IMG/VR virus record: IMGVR_UViG_3300024239_000112 | Source: an uncultured virus (IMG/VR IMGVR_UViG_3300024239_000112) | Lineage: Duplodnaviria > Heunggongvirae > Uroviricota > Caudoviricetes | Reading direction: 5' to 3' (one strand) | DNA: 20,000 nucleotides | Part shown: positions 8,984 through 17,709 of the stretch, in pieces | How positions within the stretch are numbered: position 1 is the first letter of the stretch | Layout of the letters: each line of letters begins with the position of its first letter | Notes under the pieces: generated by a model | Databases searched by the model: none | Told to the model about the DNA's origin: nothing | Seen by the model: only the letters and a program-made list of their open reading frames with translations | Position numbers and translations under genes: made by a program

Positions 8984-9543
8984 ACTGCAGTCTCCTCTGC
9001 GTACAGCGCGGCGCTCACCACGATGCTGCCCACCACTACTCGGCCGTAGCCGCGAGGCACTGCTAGGCCCTGGGAGGACGTGTTGGTTGGGCCGTTGAAT
9101 AGGAAAGAGGGCCGCTGATCGACGCTCTCCTGCTGGGCGATGTTTGCGCTGGGGACCTTGGTGGTCATCTGGATGATGCCGCCGACCATCATCCCGATGC
9201 CCAGGCTGATGGCCCAGGCCTGCCCGGTGAACATGCCTACGGCCACCAGCACGGCGCCGATAATGGTCTGGAACAGGCCGCCCTCCTTGGCGCCGCTTAG
9301 CGCGGGCATCAGATGTACGTCCCGCTGGGCGCCGAGAGTGACGGTCAGGCCGTCCTCGCCAACGTCGTCCTTCTCCTCCAGCGCGCCACGCAGGATGTGC
9401 CAGTTGTGGTCCTCTACGTCCTTGCGGAACCCTGGCAGCTGCGCGCAGAGGGCGTGAACAGCTTCCGCAGGCGTGGCGACATCGAGGGTGAACGACTCCC
9501 CGTACCGCTCTTTCAGGAACCCGTGCAGGTGGAGAGTCTTCAT
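8980..9543 (-). CDS. I: Tail assembly protein I (ubiquitin-like N-terminal domain)
   Basis: LHGFLKERYG...TPAEAVHALC...VHLMPALSGAK, a Gly-rich hydrophobic segment, and SFLFNGPTNTSSQGLAVPRGYG...VGSIVVSA, as in lambda gpI; lies between K and J. Confidence 0.92.
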   Translation of the reverse strand: MKTLHLHGFLKERYGESFTLDVATPAEAVHALCAQLPGFRKDVEDHNWHILRGALEEKDDVGEDGLTVTLGAQRDVHLMPALSGAKEGGLFQTIIGAVLVAVGMFTGQAWAISLGIGMMVGGIIQMTTKVPSANIAQQESVDQRPSFLFNGPTNTSSQGLAVPRGYGRVVVGSIVVSAALYAEETAV

Positions 9544-10259
9544 CCGACGTACCTCAGCCAGTGGGTGATCATCGGCAGGTACCGAGCAACTGGCTCGCGG
9601 ATGGACAGCTTGTGCGGGTCGTACGGACGCAGGGAGCCGGCCTGGTGCAGGGCGAGGTCGCCCTCCACCAGGATTCCGCCGTGGTTAGGTACAGGGCTCT
9701 TCAGCTGGGCCAGCCACACGTCGCCTGGCTGGGCCTCGGACTGGTCGATGCGAGCGAACCCTGCCTTGGAAAACCCCTCGGTGAACAGCTCCCCGCCGGC
9801 CTTCCACCACTCCCAGCTGCGCGGGAACTCCAGGAGTCGAATCCCCTTCTCCATCCAGTAGTAGTCGCGGATCAGGGCGTAGCAGTCGGTCACCCCGTGG
9901 CGGAATGGGCGGCCAACTAGCGGGGCCCGCTCAACCTGGTCCCCCCACCAGCAGATGTCGGAGCACTCGTTGCCGTCGGTGGAGAGGACCCCCCATGGCA
10001 CAGCGGCGCCCATCTGGCCCCACATATCGCCTTCTGACGGTACCGGGTGCCCGTCCGGATGGCTGTGAACCACGGCCAGCAGGGTTTCGGCCAAGGCTTT
10101 TGCCACCTCGGCCGGAGCTATCTCGAAATAGTTGTGCGGATCTGCCGCCACATTCCGCACCTGGCGGCAGCCCTTCCCGGTGATGACCCAGACGCCTTCT
10201 TCCGGGTAGGCCAGCAGCGCCTCTTCGCGGATCTGCCGAGAGAACTGGTCGAACATCAC
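9540..10259 (-). CDS. K: Tail tip assembly protein K (JAB/MPN+ plus NlpC/P60)
   Basis: JAB motif E...HSHPDGHPVPSEGD; NlpC/P60 motifs DCYALIRDYY, PNHGGI and LHQ. Start is GTG at 10259 or ATG at 10256, with GGGAGG upstream. Confidence 0.94.
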   Translation of the reverse strand: MMFDQFSRQIREEALLAYPEEGVWVITGKGCRQVRNVAADPHNYFEIAPAEVAKALAETLLAVVHSHPDGHPVPSEGDMWGQMGAAVPWGVLSTDGNECSDICWWGDQVERAPLVGRPFRHGVTDCYALIRDYYWMEKGIRLLEFPRSWEWWKAGGELFTEGFSKAGFARIDQSEAQPGDVWLAQLKSPVPNHGGILVEGDLALHQAGSLRPYDPHKLSIREPVARYLPMITHWLRYVG

Positions 10260-10960
10260 AGCCTCCCTACGCCAGGGAAGCCGTAGTAGGGCAGCACAGC
10301 GGCCTCGCCGAAGTGGCGCTTGCAGTCGCTGATCCGCTTCCCGCAGCGGGCTTTGGTCGGGTCGGATGTCGGCTTCCCGCCCTTGGTGTACATGGCCTCA
10401 CCTGCGTAGGGGCAGGTCACACCCTGGTAAACCCAGCGGCCACCGGACCAATACCGGAATCTGTGCGAACAGGAATCCCTGAGCACCTGGCGGGCCGGCA
10501 GCATCTTGCCCTGCTGGTCCATTTTCGCGGACAGCTCGAACTGCAGCAGGTTGCGCTTCTGCGAGGTTTTGCGCTCGATGACAAAGTGATCCGGAGGGAA
10601 CATCGCCTCCGGGTTGGGCGAGACCCCGTCGTCCAGGTACTTGCGGTAGGTGCGGATACGCACGACCGGACACCCGACAAGGTCGTCCGAGTCTAGGACC
10701 AAGGACAGGAACGCCAGGTCCACGGCGGCAAGAGTGAGGGTCGGCCTCGGCAGCGTGCCGGTACTGTTCCAAGAGAACCCCTCCACCGCGATGGGCAGAG
10801 GGGTGTACTCGTAGCCGTTGAACTGGATGGGCAGGCCGTCTACGGAGGTCGGGGAGAACCGCAGGATTCCGTCCCCGAACTTTCTCGCGTCCAGCTCGAA
10901 CATGACCACTACCGCGTCCTGCTCAAGTCTCTGGATGTCGGAGGCGATCAACGTGCTCAT
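10256..10960 (-). CDS. L: Minor tail protein L
   Basis: YTPLPIAVEGF...LPRPTL and RIRTYRKYLD motifs; four C-terminal Cys (DSC, VTCPY, RCGKRISDC) like the Fe-S ligands of lambda gpL; ends YGFPG. Confidence 0.94.
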   Translation of the reverse strand: MSTLIASDIQRLEQDAVVVMFELDARKFGDGILRFSPTSVDGLPIQFNGYEYTPLPIAVEGFSWNSTGTLPRPTLTLAAVDLAFLSLVLDSDDLVGCPVVRIRTYRKYLDDGVSPNPEAMFPPDHFVIERKTSQKRNLLQFELSAKMDQQGKMLPARQVLRDSCSHRFRYWSGGRWVYQGVTCPYAGEAMYTKGGKPTSDPTKARCGKRISDCKRHFGEAAVLPYYGFPGVGRL

Positions 10961-10984
10961 ATAGGCGCCGGTGCAAAATGTCTG

Positions 10985-11006
10985 CCCATATTCCCATATT
11001 TACAGG
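10985..11006 (-). promoter_or_regulatory. Half copy of the intergenic motif (minus strand CCTGTAAATA) adjoining a tandem CCCATATT x2, upstream of L
   Basis: TATTTACAGG at 10997-11006; CCCATATT at 10985-10992 and 10993-11000. Confidence 0.4.
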
Positions 11007-11012
11007 CCGCGT

Positions 11013-11366
11013 TCAAACAGGGTTGAAGTCCTGTTTGAAGCTCGCGGTCAAGTTGCAGTCGTTGTAGTCCTTGTGGGTGAAGTTCACCGCGGTGCACACC
11101 ACCTTGTGGACCTGCCCTGTGGTCAGGTCGGTCCAGCGGAATGCCTTCCAATTCATGCGGGACTTCAGCCAGTCGTAGGTGTCATGGGCTGCCTCGGGAG
11201 ACAGGAACGACCAGGACAGCGACCAGGTGTCCTTCGTGTGATTGATGCCGGCTGGCCGGCGCAGCTCGTAACCGTCACCCAACTCAATAGTTTGTACCTT
11301 GGCTTCCGGGGTCGCGGCCTGGCCCCAGTCCTGGGGCCCGATGTCCGGGAATACGTCGAGACTCAT
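11013..11366 (-). CDS. M: Minor tail protein M (distal tail)
   Basis: LGDGYELRRPAGIN, WSLSW, AFRW and LTASFKQDF match the lambda gpM family; directly after the tape measure gene (ATGA overlap). Confidence 0.92.
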   Translation of the reverse strand: MSLDVFPDIGPQDWGQAATPEAKVQTIELGDGYELRRPAGINHTKDTWSLSWSFLSPEAAHDTYDWLKSRMNWKAFRWTDLTTGQVHKVVCTAVNFTHKDYNDCNLTASFKQDFNPV

Positions 11367-14300
11367 GCGGTTCGGTTCCTGATCCAGTTATCGAGGGCCC
11401 CGTTGGGGCGCGTCTGTTCTACCAGGGTCGACATGACCACTCCCTTGACCATGTCAGCCACCTCTTTGCCCCGCCCGGCGGCGTCTCCGCCGGCATCCTC
11501 GCCAACCTGCACCACGATCTGAGGTGCCAGGGTGATGGCGTATTCCCCGCCCCCGCCTCCCAGTTTCTTGGCGGTCGCCTCCCTACCAGTTACGTGGGCC
11601 GGGCCCTGGACGATTTCCGGGCCGTACTCACCCACGATGCCGTACTGGCCATAGGGAATAACTCCCCCCTTGTCGTAAGCCCCCGCGTAACTGCTGCCGC
11701 CTCCCCCGGAGCTCATCTGACCGATGGCCAAGGCCGCGACAAGGCCCGCCGATGCGTAGCCCTGGGCAGTGATGAACGTGGCCAGCGACATCCCCAGGAC
11801 TTTGGTGGTGTCCCCTGGAATGGCCATGGCCTGGGCTGCGGCCAGGTGCGTGTACATCAGGATCTGGGCAATCGCCAGGGCCTTCTGGGCCACGAACGCG
11901 GCCTTCTGAGCAGTGGTCGCGCCCTCGGCCACGCTGGCGAACTGACCGAGCAGACCTTCGGCGCTGTTCATCATGGAGATCATGGCCATCTTTCCGGCCT
12001 GTTCCCCGTACTCGATGCGGCTCTGGTCCAGCGCCTTGCTCTGGTCGGTGAAGCGCTGCTGGGCGGTCAGCAGGGACTGGTTCTTCCGGTCTTCGATCTC
12101 CAGCAGTCGGCGTGCATGCTCCTCCTGGTCAGCCAGTTTCAGGGCGTCCAGGGCCTTCTGCTGCTCGTACGCCTGGTTCGCAATGTTGATCTTGTCCAGC
12201 TCGTAGCCGTCGCCCAGCTCAGTCTTGCGGTTTGAGTACCAGCTGAGCCCCTGGGCCCGTTCCATCTCGGTGGAAGCCCATTCGCCGAACGGAGTCGAAG
12301 CGGAGTCACTGAGACCGGTCGGAGCAGTCGGCGCCCCGTTGAGGACCGCCTCCTTGTCGCGCACCTTGATCGCGCTGGCGAGCCGACTGTACTCGTCCAT
12401 CGAGACCGCACCCTCCTTGAGGAGGCGGTTCAGCTCGGCCAAGTCACCCAGGGTCTCGGAGAACGGGGAAGTCCCGTACCCCTCTCGCAGCGCCTGCAGA
12501 GACTGGTAGTTCTTGTCCTGCTCCTTGGTCAGCTCGTAGTGGCCCCTGGCCAGCTCCTCAAGCGCCTTCGCCTTGTTCTCGGCGGAGATCTTCCCCTTGT
12601 CCATGAGCAGCTGCAGCTGCTCTGTCTTCTTCTGGGTGTCCTCCAGCGAAGCGCCCAGGGGGTCGAACCTCTGGCGCAGGGAGGCGTAGGTGGACTCGGC
12701 CGCCTTGAGCGCCTGCTCAGCCTCCCTGGCGGCCTTCTCAGCAGCCTTCTCGGCCTCCGACTTGCCGCCCTTCGGCTTGTTCTTCTGCTCGATGTTCGTG
12801 CGCAGCTGCCTGATCTGCTGCAGCAGTTCCAGTTCGGCCTTCAGTCGATCGGCTTCAAGCTCGTCATAGGTTCCCTCGAAGCTGGTCCCCTTGAGCAGGT
12901 TGTATTCCGCTCGGAGGGCGACCACGTTTTCCAGGCGCACCTCCAGATCCGCAAGCTGCTGCTCGTCGGTCATGTGGAACTGGGTAAGGGCGTCCTGGGC
13001 GTCCGCCAGGCGGGTGGCGCTGTCAGCCACCTCGCTGTAAAGCTCGGCCTCCTTCGCCAGAAGGTCGTTGCGTTCCTGGTTGAGCCGGTTGTAGCTGTCC
13101 TGTCCTGGGCGGCTCTTCGTGTCGTTGTCATTGATGGCCTGGTCGTCCTGGGCCACCAGTGCATCTATCTCCGCCTGGACGATGGCACGCTTGCGCTGCA
13201 GGGCGATCAGCTTCTCAGCGGCGGTGGCCTCCTTCTCCATAGCTGCCGCTGCGGCAGAGGACTGACTAGCCAGCAGGTCCGCGGAGGAGACCTCCCTCAG
13301 CGTGATCATGCGCTCCTTGACCTTGTCGGCGGCGGCCTGGGTGCTGACCACCTGCTCCTTCGCCTGCTCCCACGCGGCCTTGAGCTTCTGGACATCCTCC
13401 CAACTGGTGGTGAAGCTGCCGGCGTTGAACTCCCCAAGGGCCTCCCTGTACGCCTTGGCCGCGTCCGCCGCCTTCGTGATCTTCTCCTCCTGCTGCTGGA
13501 GCAGGCTGAGCCGGTCGGCTTCGGTTGTCTTCAGGCGCTCAAGGGAGTCCTGAGCGTTCTTGATGTTCTCGTTGTACTTGGCGATCTGGCGGTCGATGTT
13601 GGCGTATTCGCTCTCCAACAGGTCCGTCGGCAGACCTTGCTTCTTGCCTTCCTCGATCAGGCCGGGCAGGCGGGACTTGCGCTGAAGGGTTTGCTCGATG
13701 CTCTGCTTTTCCGACTCGATCTGGTCCTTCAGCGCGTCACGCTCTTTGGCCAGGGCCACGCCCATGATCGACTCTTTCAGCTTGTCGTAGCTGGCCTTGA
13801 GCTCGTCCACCTTCTCTTTCTGCGCCCTGGCGGCTTCCTCGGTGTCAGTGCCGAACACCGTGGCCAGCGCGGAGCCGATACCGTACAGAAGGCCGACCCA
13901 GCCCAGCGCCCGCATCAGCACGCTGGCGCCAACGGCTAGCTTGCTCAGCCAGCCGGCAGCTACGGCCGCCGAGGTGGAGAACGCACTAAGCGCCATGGCA
14001 CTGCCGGCCGCCATGGTTGCCTGGGTACGCATGGCCGCGCTGGACCCTGCGGTGTGCAGGGACAGGGACTGCATCGAGGCTCCGGTTGTCGCTGCCCTGG
14101 CGCTCAGGATGCCCAGGCCCTCGCCCAGGGACTTAGTGTCGGCGGCGAATGCCGAAGCCACGTTGCCACTGGCAAACTTGAACGCCAGGATCCCGCCCAC
14201 CATCTGCGCGAGGGCGACGGCCGTGCTCTCTGCTCGGGCGAGAATCAGGTCGAGCTGGGTGAGAGAGTCACCTTCCTTCAGCGGTACGGTCAGGTCGATC

Positions 14301-16873
14301 AAGCTCTTCGACAGGGTTGCCGCACCCAGGCGCAGGCGGCCTTCTACGTTGTCGAACGCAGCCAGCTTCACTTCCTCGAACGAGGAGATGACCTCCTTCC
14401 AGTCGTACTTCAGGCCATCGGAGATCTTGTCCCGCATGCGCTCTGCGGCGCCGGCCACGTCGTCCAGGCCGCGGCGCAGCTGTACCAGGTTGTCCGCCTG
14501 GTCGACCAGGGCTGCGATCGGCGAGGTGGCGTACACGCCTACCAGGTCCTGGATGGCCGACAGGCGCTCAGCGCCCGAAACATCCTTCAGCTTGGTGCTC
14601 AGTTGCCCGATGATGTCGACCAGGCCCCTGGTCTTGCCCTCTGCGTCGAGTACAGAGATGCCGTACTGCGACATCATCTCCGCGCCCTTCTTGGTAGGGT
14701 TCAGGATGCTGACGAACAGTCGGCGTAGCGCGGTACCAGACCGGGAAGCCTTGATGCCGGAGTTGGCCAGGGCCTCGATCGCCGCGACCGTGTCCTTCAT
14801 CGACACGCCTGCGGTGTGTGCGGCCGGGCCGGCGTAGGTCAGGGCGTTGGCCAGCTGGGTGATGTCGGTGTTCGAGCTGACCACGGCGGTGGCCATGATG
14901 TCTACGATCTCGCCCAGGTCCTTGGCCTGCATGCCGAACGTCATCATCACGTTGGTGGCCATGTCCGCCGACTGCGCCATGTTGACGCCGCCAATGGTCG
15001 CAAGGTCCAGGGATGGCCTCAGCGCCACGATAGAGTCAGACGCAGACAGACCGGCCATCCCCAGCTCGGTCAGGCCGTCAGCAACCTCGGAAGCGGTGTA
15101 AATCGTGCTCTGGCCCAGGGCTCGGACCTGCTTCTCCATAGCCGCCATGCCGCCGGTGTCCTGCATCCAGAACGCCTGGCCGGAGTTCATAATGGCGTTG
15201 CTGCGCGCCATAGATGCCGTGAACTCTGACCCGATCTCCACAGTGCTGCGCAGGGCGCTGGCGATGGCATAGGTGGAGGACGCTGCCAGAATGGTGGCGC
15301 TGGTGTACATCCCGATGTTGGTGTGCAGGCCGGACAGGCCGGCGCGCAGCATTGCGGCCGACTGCGAACCCAGGGTCATCGAGGCGTTGGCAGCTTTCTG
15401 TGCGGAGGCAAAACCCAGCAGCTCGGCGGTGGACATGGTGAGCATGCGGTTGTACCGCTGCTGCTCGGCTATCTGCGCCTGGATAGCCGCAATCTCCCGG
15501 CCATAGCTGCTGCTCAGCATGTCCTTCTGGGCTTTGAGGCGGGTCAGCTTCTCGATCTCACGCTCACGCGCCTGGCTCAGCTCCAACTGCGCCTTGCTCA
15601 TGCCGTGGGCCTTCCTGGCCTCGTCCATGAGGATGTCAGAGTGCCGCTTGTTGGCGGCTACCAGGGCCTCGGTCTTGGCCAGCGCCTCCGCCTCTTCCTT
15701 GGTCATGCGCTGCTGGCTGCGCGCCTGCTCCAGGGTGGCGCGGTTCTTGGCGTCCAGGGCCGCCTTGTGGCGTTCATCAGCTACGATCAGGCGGGCCGCG
15801 GACTTCGTCAGCTCCTCCACCACCGCTATCGATTGCTGGTCTTCAGCGATAGCCCGGCGTCGCGCCGCGATGCGGGCGTTGAGCTTGGCAATCTGCTCCT
15901 GCTCGCCGCCGTTCAGACTGGCCAGCGTTCGCGTCAACTCCTCGATCTTCACCCGCTCGCGGGTAAGCTCGGTGATCTCCTTCTCGCGGGCCTGGTTCAG
16001 GATCTTGAGCTGGGCCACCTGCTCTGCCAGTCCGCCGTTCAGGCTGTCGTGCCGACGACGCAGCTCGTCAACCTGGTTCTGCTCGCGCTGGCGGAACGTG
16101 GCGGCGGCAGCCAGCCCTTGGTTCATGGTCTGCTGCAGGGCAATCTGGGCCTGAATACCACCATCGAGACCCTGGTAGGCTCGGCGCAGCTCGCCCAGCT
16201 TGGCGCTCAGTCTGGTGGTTTCAGTGAGTTCGCTCTTCGCTGCTGACAGCTTGGCCCGGCGGACTACCATGCCCTGTGCCAGCGCCGTATTCAGCTCGGA
16301 CTCAGATGCTCGCAGCTTGAGGTTCTCGGCCTGCTGGCGGATGTCGGAGGTGGTGATGAATCGCTTGGTCGCCAGGCTGACCTTGAGGACCTCGTTGTGC
16401 TTGCTCTCGGCGGTGTCCAGCGCCTTTATAGAGGCTTCGAGGTACTTGTTCTGCCCTACCATCTCGGCAGTAATACCGCGAGTCTTCTCGGCCCACTTGA
16501 TAAACGACGACTTGGCAGAGGAGTCGCCGAGCAGGCGCTCCACCTCCTTCAACTTTCCGGCATAGGCATCGGCCTGTACCGTCAGCTTCAGGTTCTGCGC
16601 AGCGAGGTTGGCCAGGGTGCCGGCCACACTGCGGCGGGCGCTGTCCGTGACCTTGCCCATCTCCTCTGACGCAGCCCCGGCGGCCTTGAGCTTCTTCTCC
16701 AGCTCGTCGAACTGGTCCGCAACGTCCTTCATCAGACGCTTGGCGGCGGTCGCCGGCTTCCCTGACTTCTTCTCCATGTTGTCCAGGGCGTGGCCCATGT
16801 TGTTCATGCGCAGCTGGAACTCGGCCAGCTGCCGGAGAGCTTCAGAGAAATCTACGTCGAACCTAGTGCTCAT
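11363..16873 (-). CDS. Tail tape measure protein (1836 aa) with a TP901-family core
   Basis: Long helical Ala/Glu/Lys-rich ORF; TP901-type core (LGQSTIYTASEVADGLTELGMAG...GIKASRSGTALR) at about 14370-15230; hydrophobic segments; C-terminal GAYDKGG...GIVGEYGPEIV. Confidence 0.96.
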   Translation of the reverse strand: MSTRFDVDFSEALRQLAEFQLRMNNMGHALDNMEKKSGKPATAAKRLMKDVADQFDELEKKLKAAGAASEEMGKVTDSARRSVAGTLANLAAQNLKLTVQADAYAGKLKEVERLLGDSSAKSSFIKWAEKTRGITAEMVGQNKYLEASIKALDTAESKHNEVLKVSLATKRFITTSDIRQQAENLKLRASESELNTALAQGMVVRRAKLSAAKSELTETTRLSAKLGELRRAYQGLDGGIQAQIALQQTMNQGLAAAATFRQREQNQVDELRRRHDSLNGGLAEQVAQLKILNQAREKEITELTRERVKIEELTRTLASLNGGEQEQIAKLNARIAARRRAIAEDQQSIAVVEELTKSAARLIVADERHKAALDAKNRATLEQARSQQRMTKEEAEALAKTEALVAANKRHSDILMDEARKAHGMSKAQLELSQAREREIEKLTRLKAQKDMLSSSYGREIAAIQAQIAEQQRYNRMLTMSTAELLGFASAQKAANASMTLGSQSAAMLRAGLSGLHTNIGMYTSATILAASSTYAIASALRSTVEIGSEFTASMARSNAIMNSGQAFWMQDTGGMAAMEKQVRALGQSTIYTASEVADGLTELGMAGLSASDSIVALRPSLDLATIGGVNMAQSADMATNVMMTFGMQAKDLGEIVDIMATAVVSSNTDITQLANALTYAGPAAHTAGVSMKDTVAAIEALANSGIKASRSGTALRRLFVSILNPTKKGAEMMSQYGISVLDAEGKTRGLVDIIGQLSTKLKDVSGAERLSAIQDLVGVYATSPIAALVDQADNLVQLRRGLDDVAGAAERMRDKISDGLKYDWKEVISSFEEVKLAAFDNVEGRLRLGAATLSKSLIDLTVPLKEGDSLTQLDLILARAESTAVALAQMVGGILAFKFASGNVASAFAADTKSLGEGLGILSARAATTGASMQSLSLHTAGSSAAMRTQATMAAGSAMALSAFSTSAAVAAGWLSKLAVGASVLMRALGWVGLLYGIGSALATVFGTDTEEAARAQKEKVDELKASYDKLKESIMGVALAKERDALKDQIESEKQSIEQTLQRKSRLPGLIEEGKKQGLPTDLLESEYANIDRQIAKYNENIKNAQDSLERLKTTEADRLSLLQQQEEKITKAADAAKAYREALGEFNAGSFTTSWEDVQKLKAAWEQAKEQVVSTQAAADKVKERMITLREVSSADLLASQSSAAAAAMEKEATAAEKLIALQRKRAIVQAEIDALVAQDDQAINDNDTKSRPGQDSYNRLNQERNDLLAKEAELYSEVADSATRLADAQDALTQFHMTDEQQLADLEVRLENVVALRAEYNLLKGTSFEGTYDELEADRLKAELELLQQIRQLRTNIEQKNKPKGGKSEAEKAAEKAAREAEQALKAAESTYASLRQRFDPLGASLEDTQKKTEQLQLLMDKGKISAENKAKALEELARGHYELTKEQDKNYQSLQALREGYGTSPFSETLGDLAELNRLLKEGAVSMDEYSRLASAIKVRDKEAVLNGAPTAPTGLSDSASTPFGEWASTEMERAQGLSWYSNRKTELGDGYELDKINIANQAYEQQKALDALKLADQEEHARRLLEIEDRKNQSLLTAQQRFTDQSKALDQSRIEYGEQAGKMAMISMMNSAEGLLGQFASVAEGATTAQKAAFVAQKALAIAQILMYTHLAAAQAMAIPGDTTKVLGMSLATFITAQGYASAGLVAALAIGQMSSGGGGSSYAGAYDKGGVIPYGQYGIVGEYGPEIVQGPAHVTGREATAKKLGGGGGEYAITLAPQIVVQVGEDAGGDAAGRGKEVADMVKGVVMSTLVEQTRPNGALDNWIRNRTA

Positions 16874-16876
16874 TGG

Positions 16877-17209
16877 TCACCTGCGGTTTTTGCGGGAGGT
16901 CTTGCGCTGCGCGGCGGCCTTTTCGGCTTCCTCGCGGGACTTCGTGTAGTGGTCGTAGAGGACGGCGTTGTCGGCCTCCTCTATGGCCCGGTAGAAGAGG
17001 GGGAGCAGGTCTTGCGGGAGTCGGAGAATGAGCTTGGCGAAGTCCGCCATGTCCCCGAACTTGATGGGCTGGTAGCCACCCTCGTACAGCTGCCGTCTCC
17101 TGTGCAGGCGAAAGAAGGAGTCGACCAGCCAGCTGAACTGAGGGGGCGGCTCCTTGAAGCCCTCGAGGGCCGGGTGTGGTTTCCCGAACTTGCCCTCGAG
17201 TTCTCGCAT
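16877..17209 (-). CDS. Tail assembly chaperone, T-like portion, probably expressed as a -1 frameshift fusion with 17239..17661
   Basis: Lies between the G-like gene and the tape measure gene; FFRLHRRRQ..GGYQPI motif; its frame is open upstream through the end of the G-like ORF, in the -1 frame. Confidence 0.8.
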   Translation of the reverse strand: MRELEGKFGKPHPALEGFKEPPPQFSWLVDSFFRLHRRRQLYEGGYQPIKFGDMADFAKLILRLPQDLLPLFYRAIEEADNAVLYDHYTKSREEAEKAAAQRKTSRKNRR

Positions 17210-17238
17210 CGCCCGGAGCCCTTTGGCTCCGTGCGTGA

Positions 17239-17661
17239 TCAGGAGGCGGCAGAACCCTTTACCGACTCGGCCACTTCCTCCTCGGCTTTCTCGCGGTAGT
17301 TGCCGCGATTCAGGGAGAAGTTCTCGATGAACTGCTGGAGGTCACGGAAGCGCGGGTCGGTCAGGTACTTCAGACCCAGCTCCGGGGTGTACTTCAGGGG
17401 CTCTCCGGCCGAGGCCACGCCTTCCCAGTCCAGCAGGATGTGGTTGGCGATCACCTGGGAGGAGATGTCAGCGGCCACCTTCTCAGCCGGCTCACCGCCT
17501 GCGGACAGGGTGTCCCAGTGCTGCAGGGCCAGCTTCGAGCGCAGGAACGCGCCCGCTTCGTTGTTGTGGCGTGCGATCAGGAACCGCGCACCCATGAAAT
17601 TTGCCCACACACCGCCTTCTGCGGCTGCGGGGTCTACTGCGAGGGAGTCGATGTCGAGCAT
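17239..17661 (-). CDS. Tail assembly chaperone, G-like (140 aa)
   Basis: Directly after the tail tube gene; GVW...ARFLIAR and ILLDWEGV...YTPE motifs typical of tail chaperones; AAGGA upstream. Confidence 0.85.
   Translation of the reverse strand: MLDIDSLAVDPAAAEGGVWANFMGARFLIARHNNEAGAFLRSKLALQHWDTLSAGGEPAEKVAADISSQVIANHILLDWEGVASAGEPLKYTPELGLKYLTDPRFRDLQQFIENFSLNRGNYREKAEEEVAESVKGSAAS
17254..17260 (-). other. Candidate -1 programmed ribosomal frameshift heptamer A AAG GGT
   Basis: In-phase X XXY YYZ within GTA AAG GGT, four sense codons before the G-like stop; the -1 frame reads GFCRLLITHGAKGLRAMRELEG into the T-like ORF. Confidence 0.7.
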
Positions 17662-17672
17662 GGGGAATCCTT

Positions 17673-17709
17673 TGATAAGTGGCGCCCTTGTATGGGCGCC
17701 ACTGTATCA
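17673..17709 (-). terminator. Strong hairpin after the tail tube gene (weak terminator, attenuator or RNA-stabilising stem)
   Basis: AGTGGCGCCC-ttgtat-GGGCGCCACT (10-bp perfect stem, 17678-17703), extendable by TGATA/TATCA; only a poor U-tract follows on the minus strand. Confidence 0.55.

Noticed and set aside
10957..11151. 64-aa minus-strand ORF bridging M and L
   Set aside because: Mostly overlaps M out of frame and has no recognisable features.
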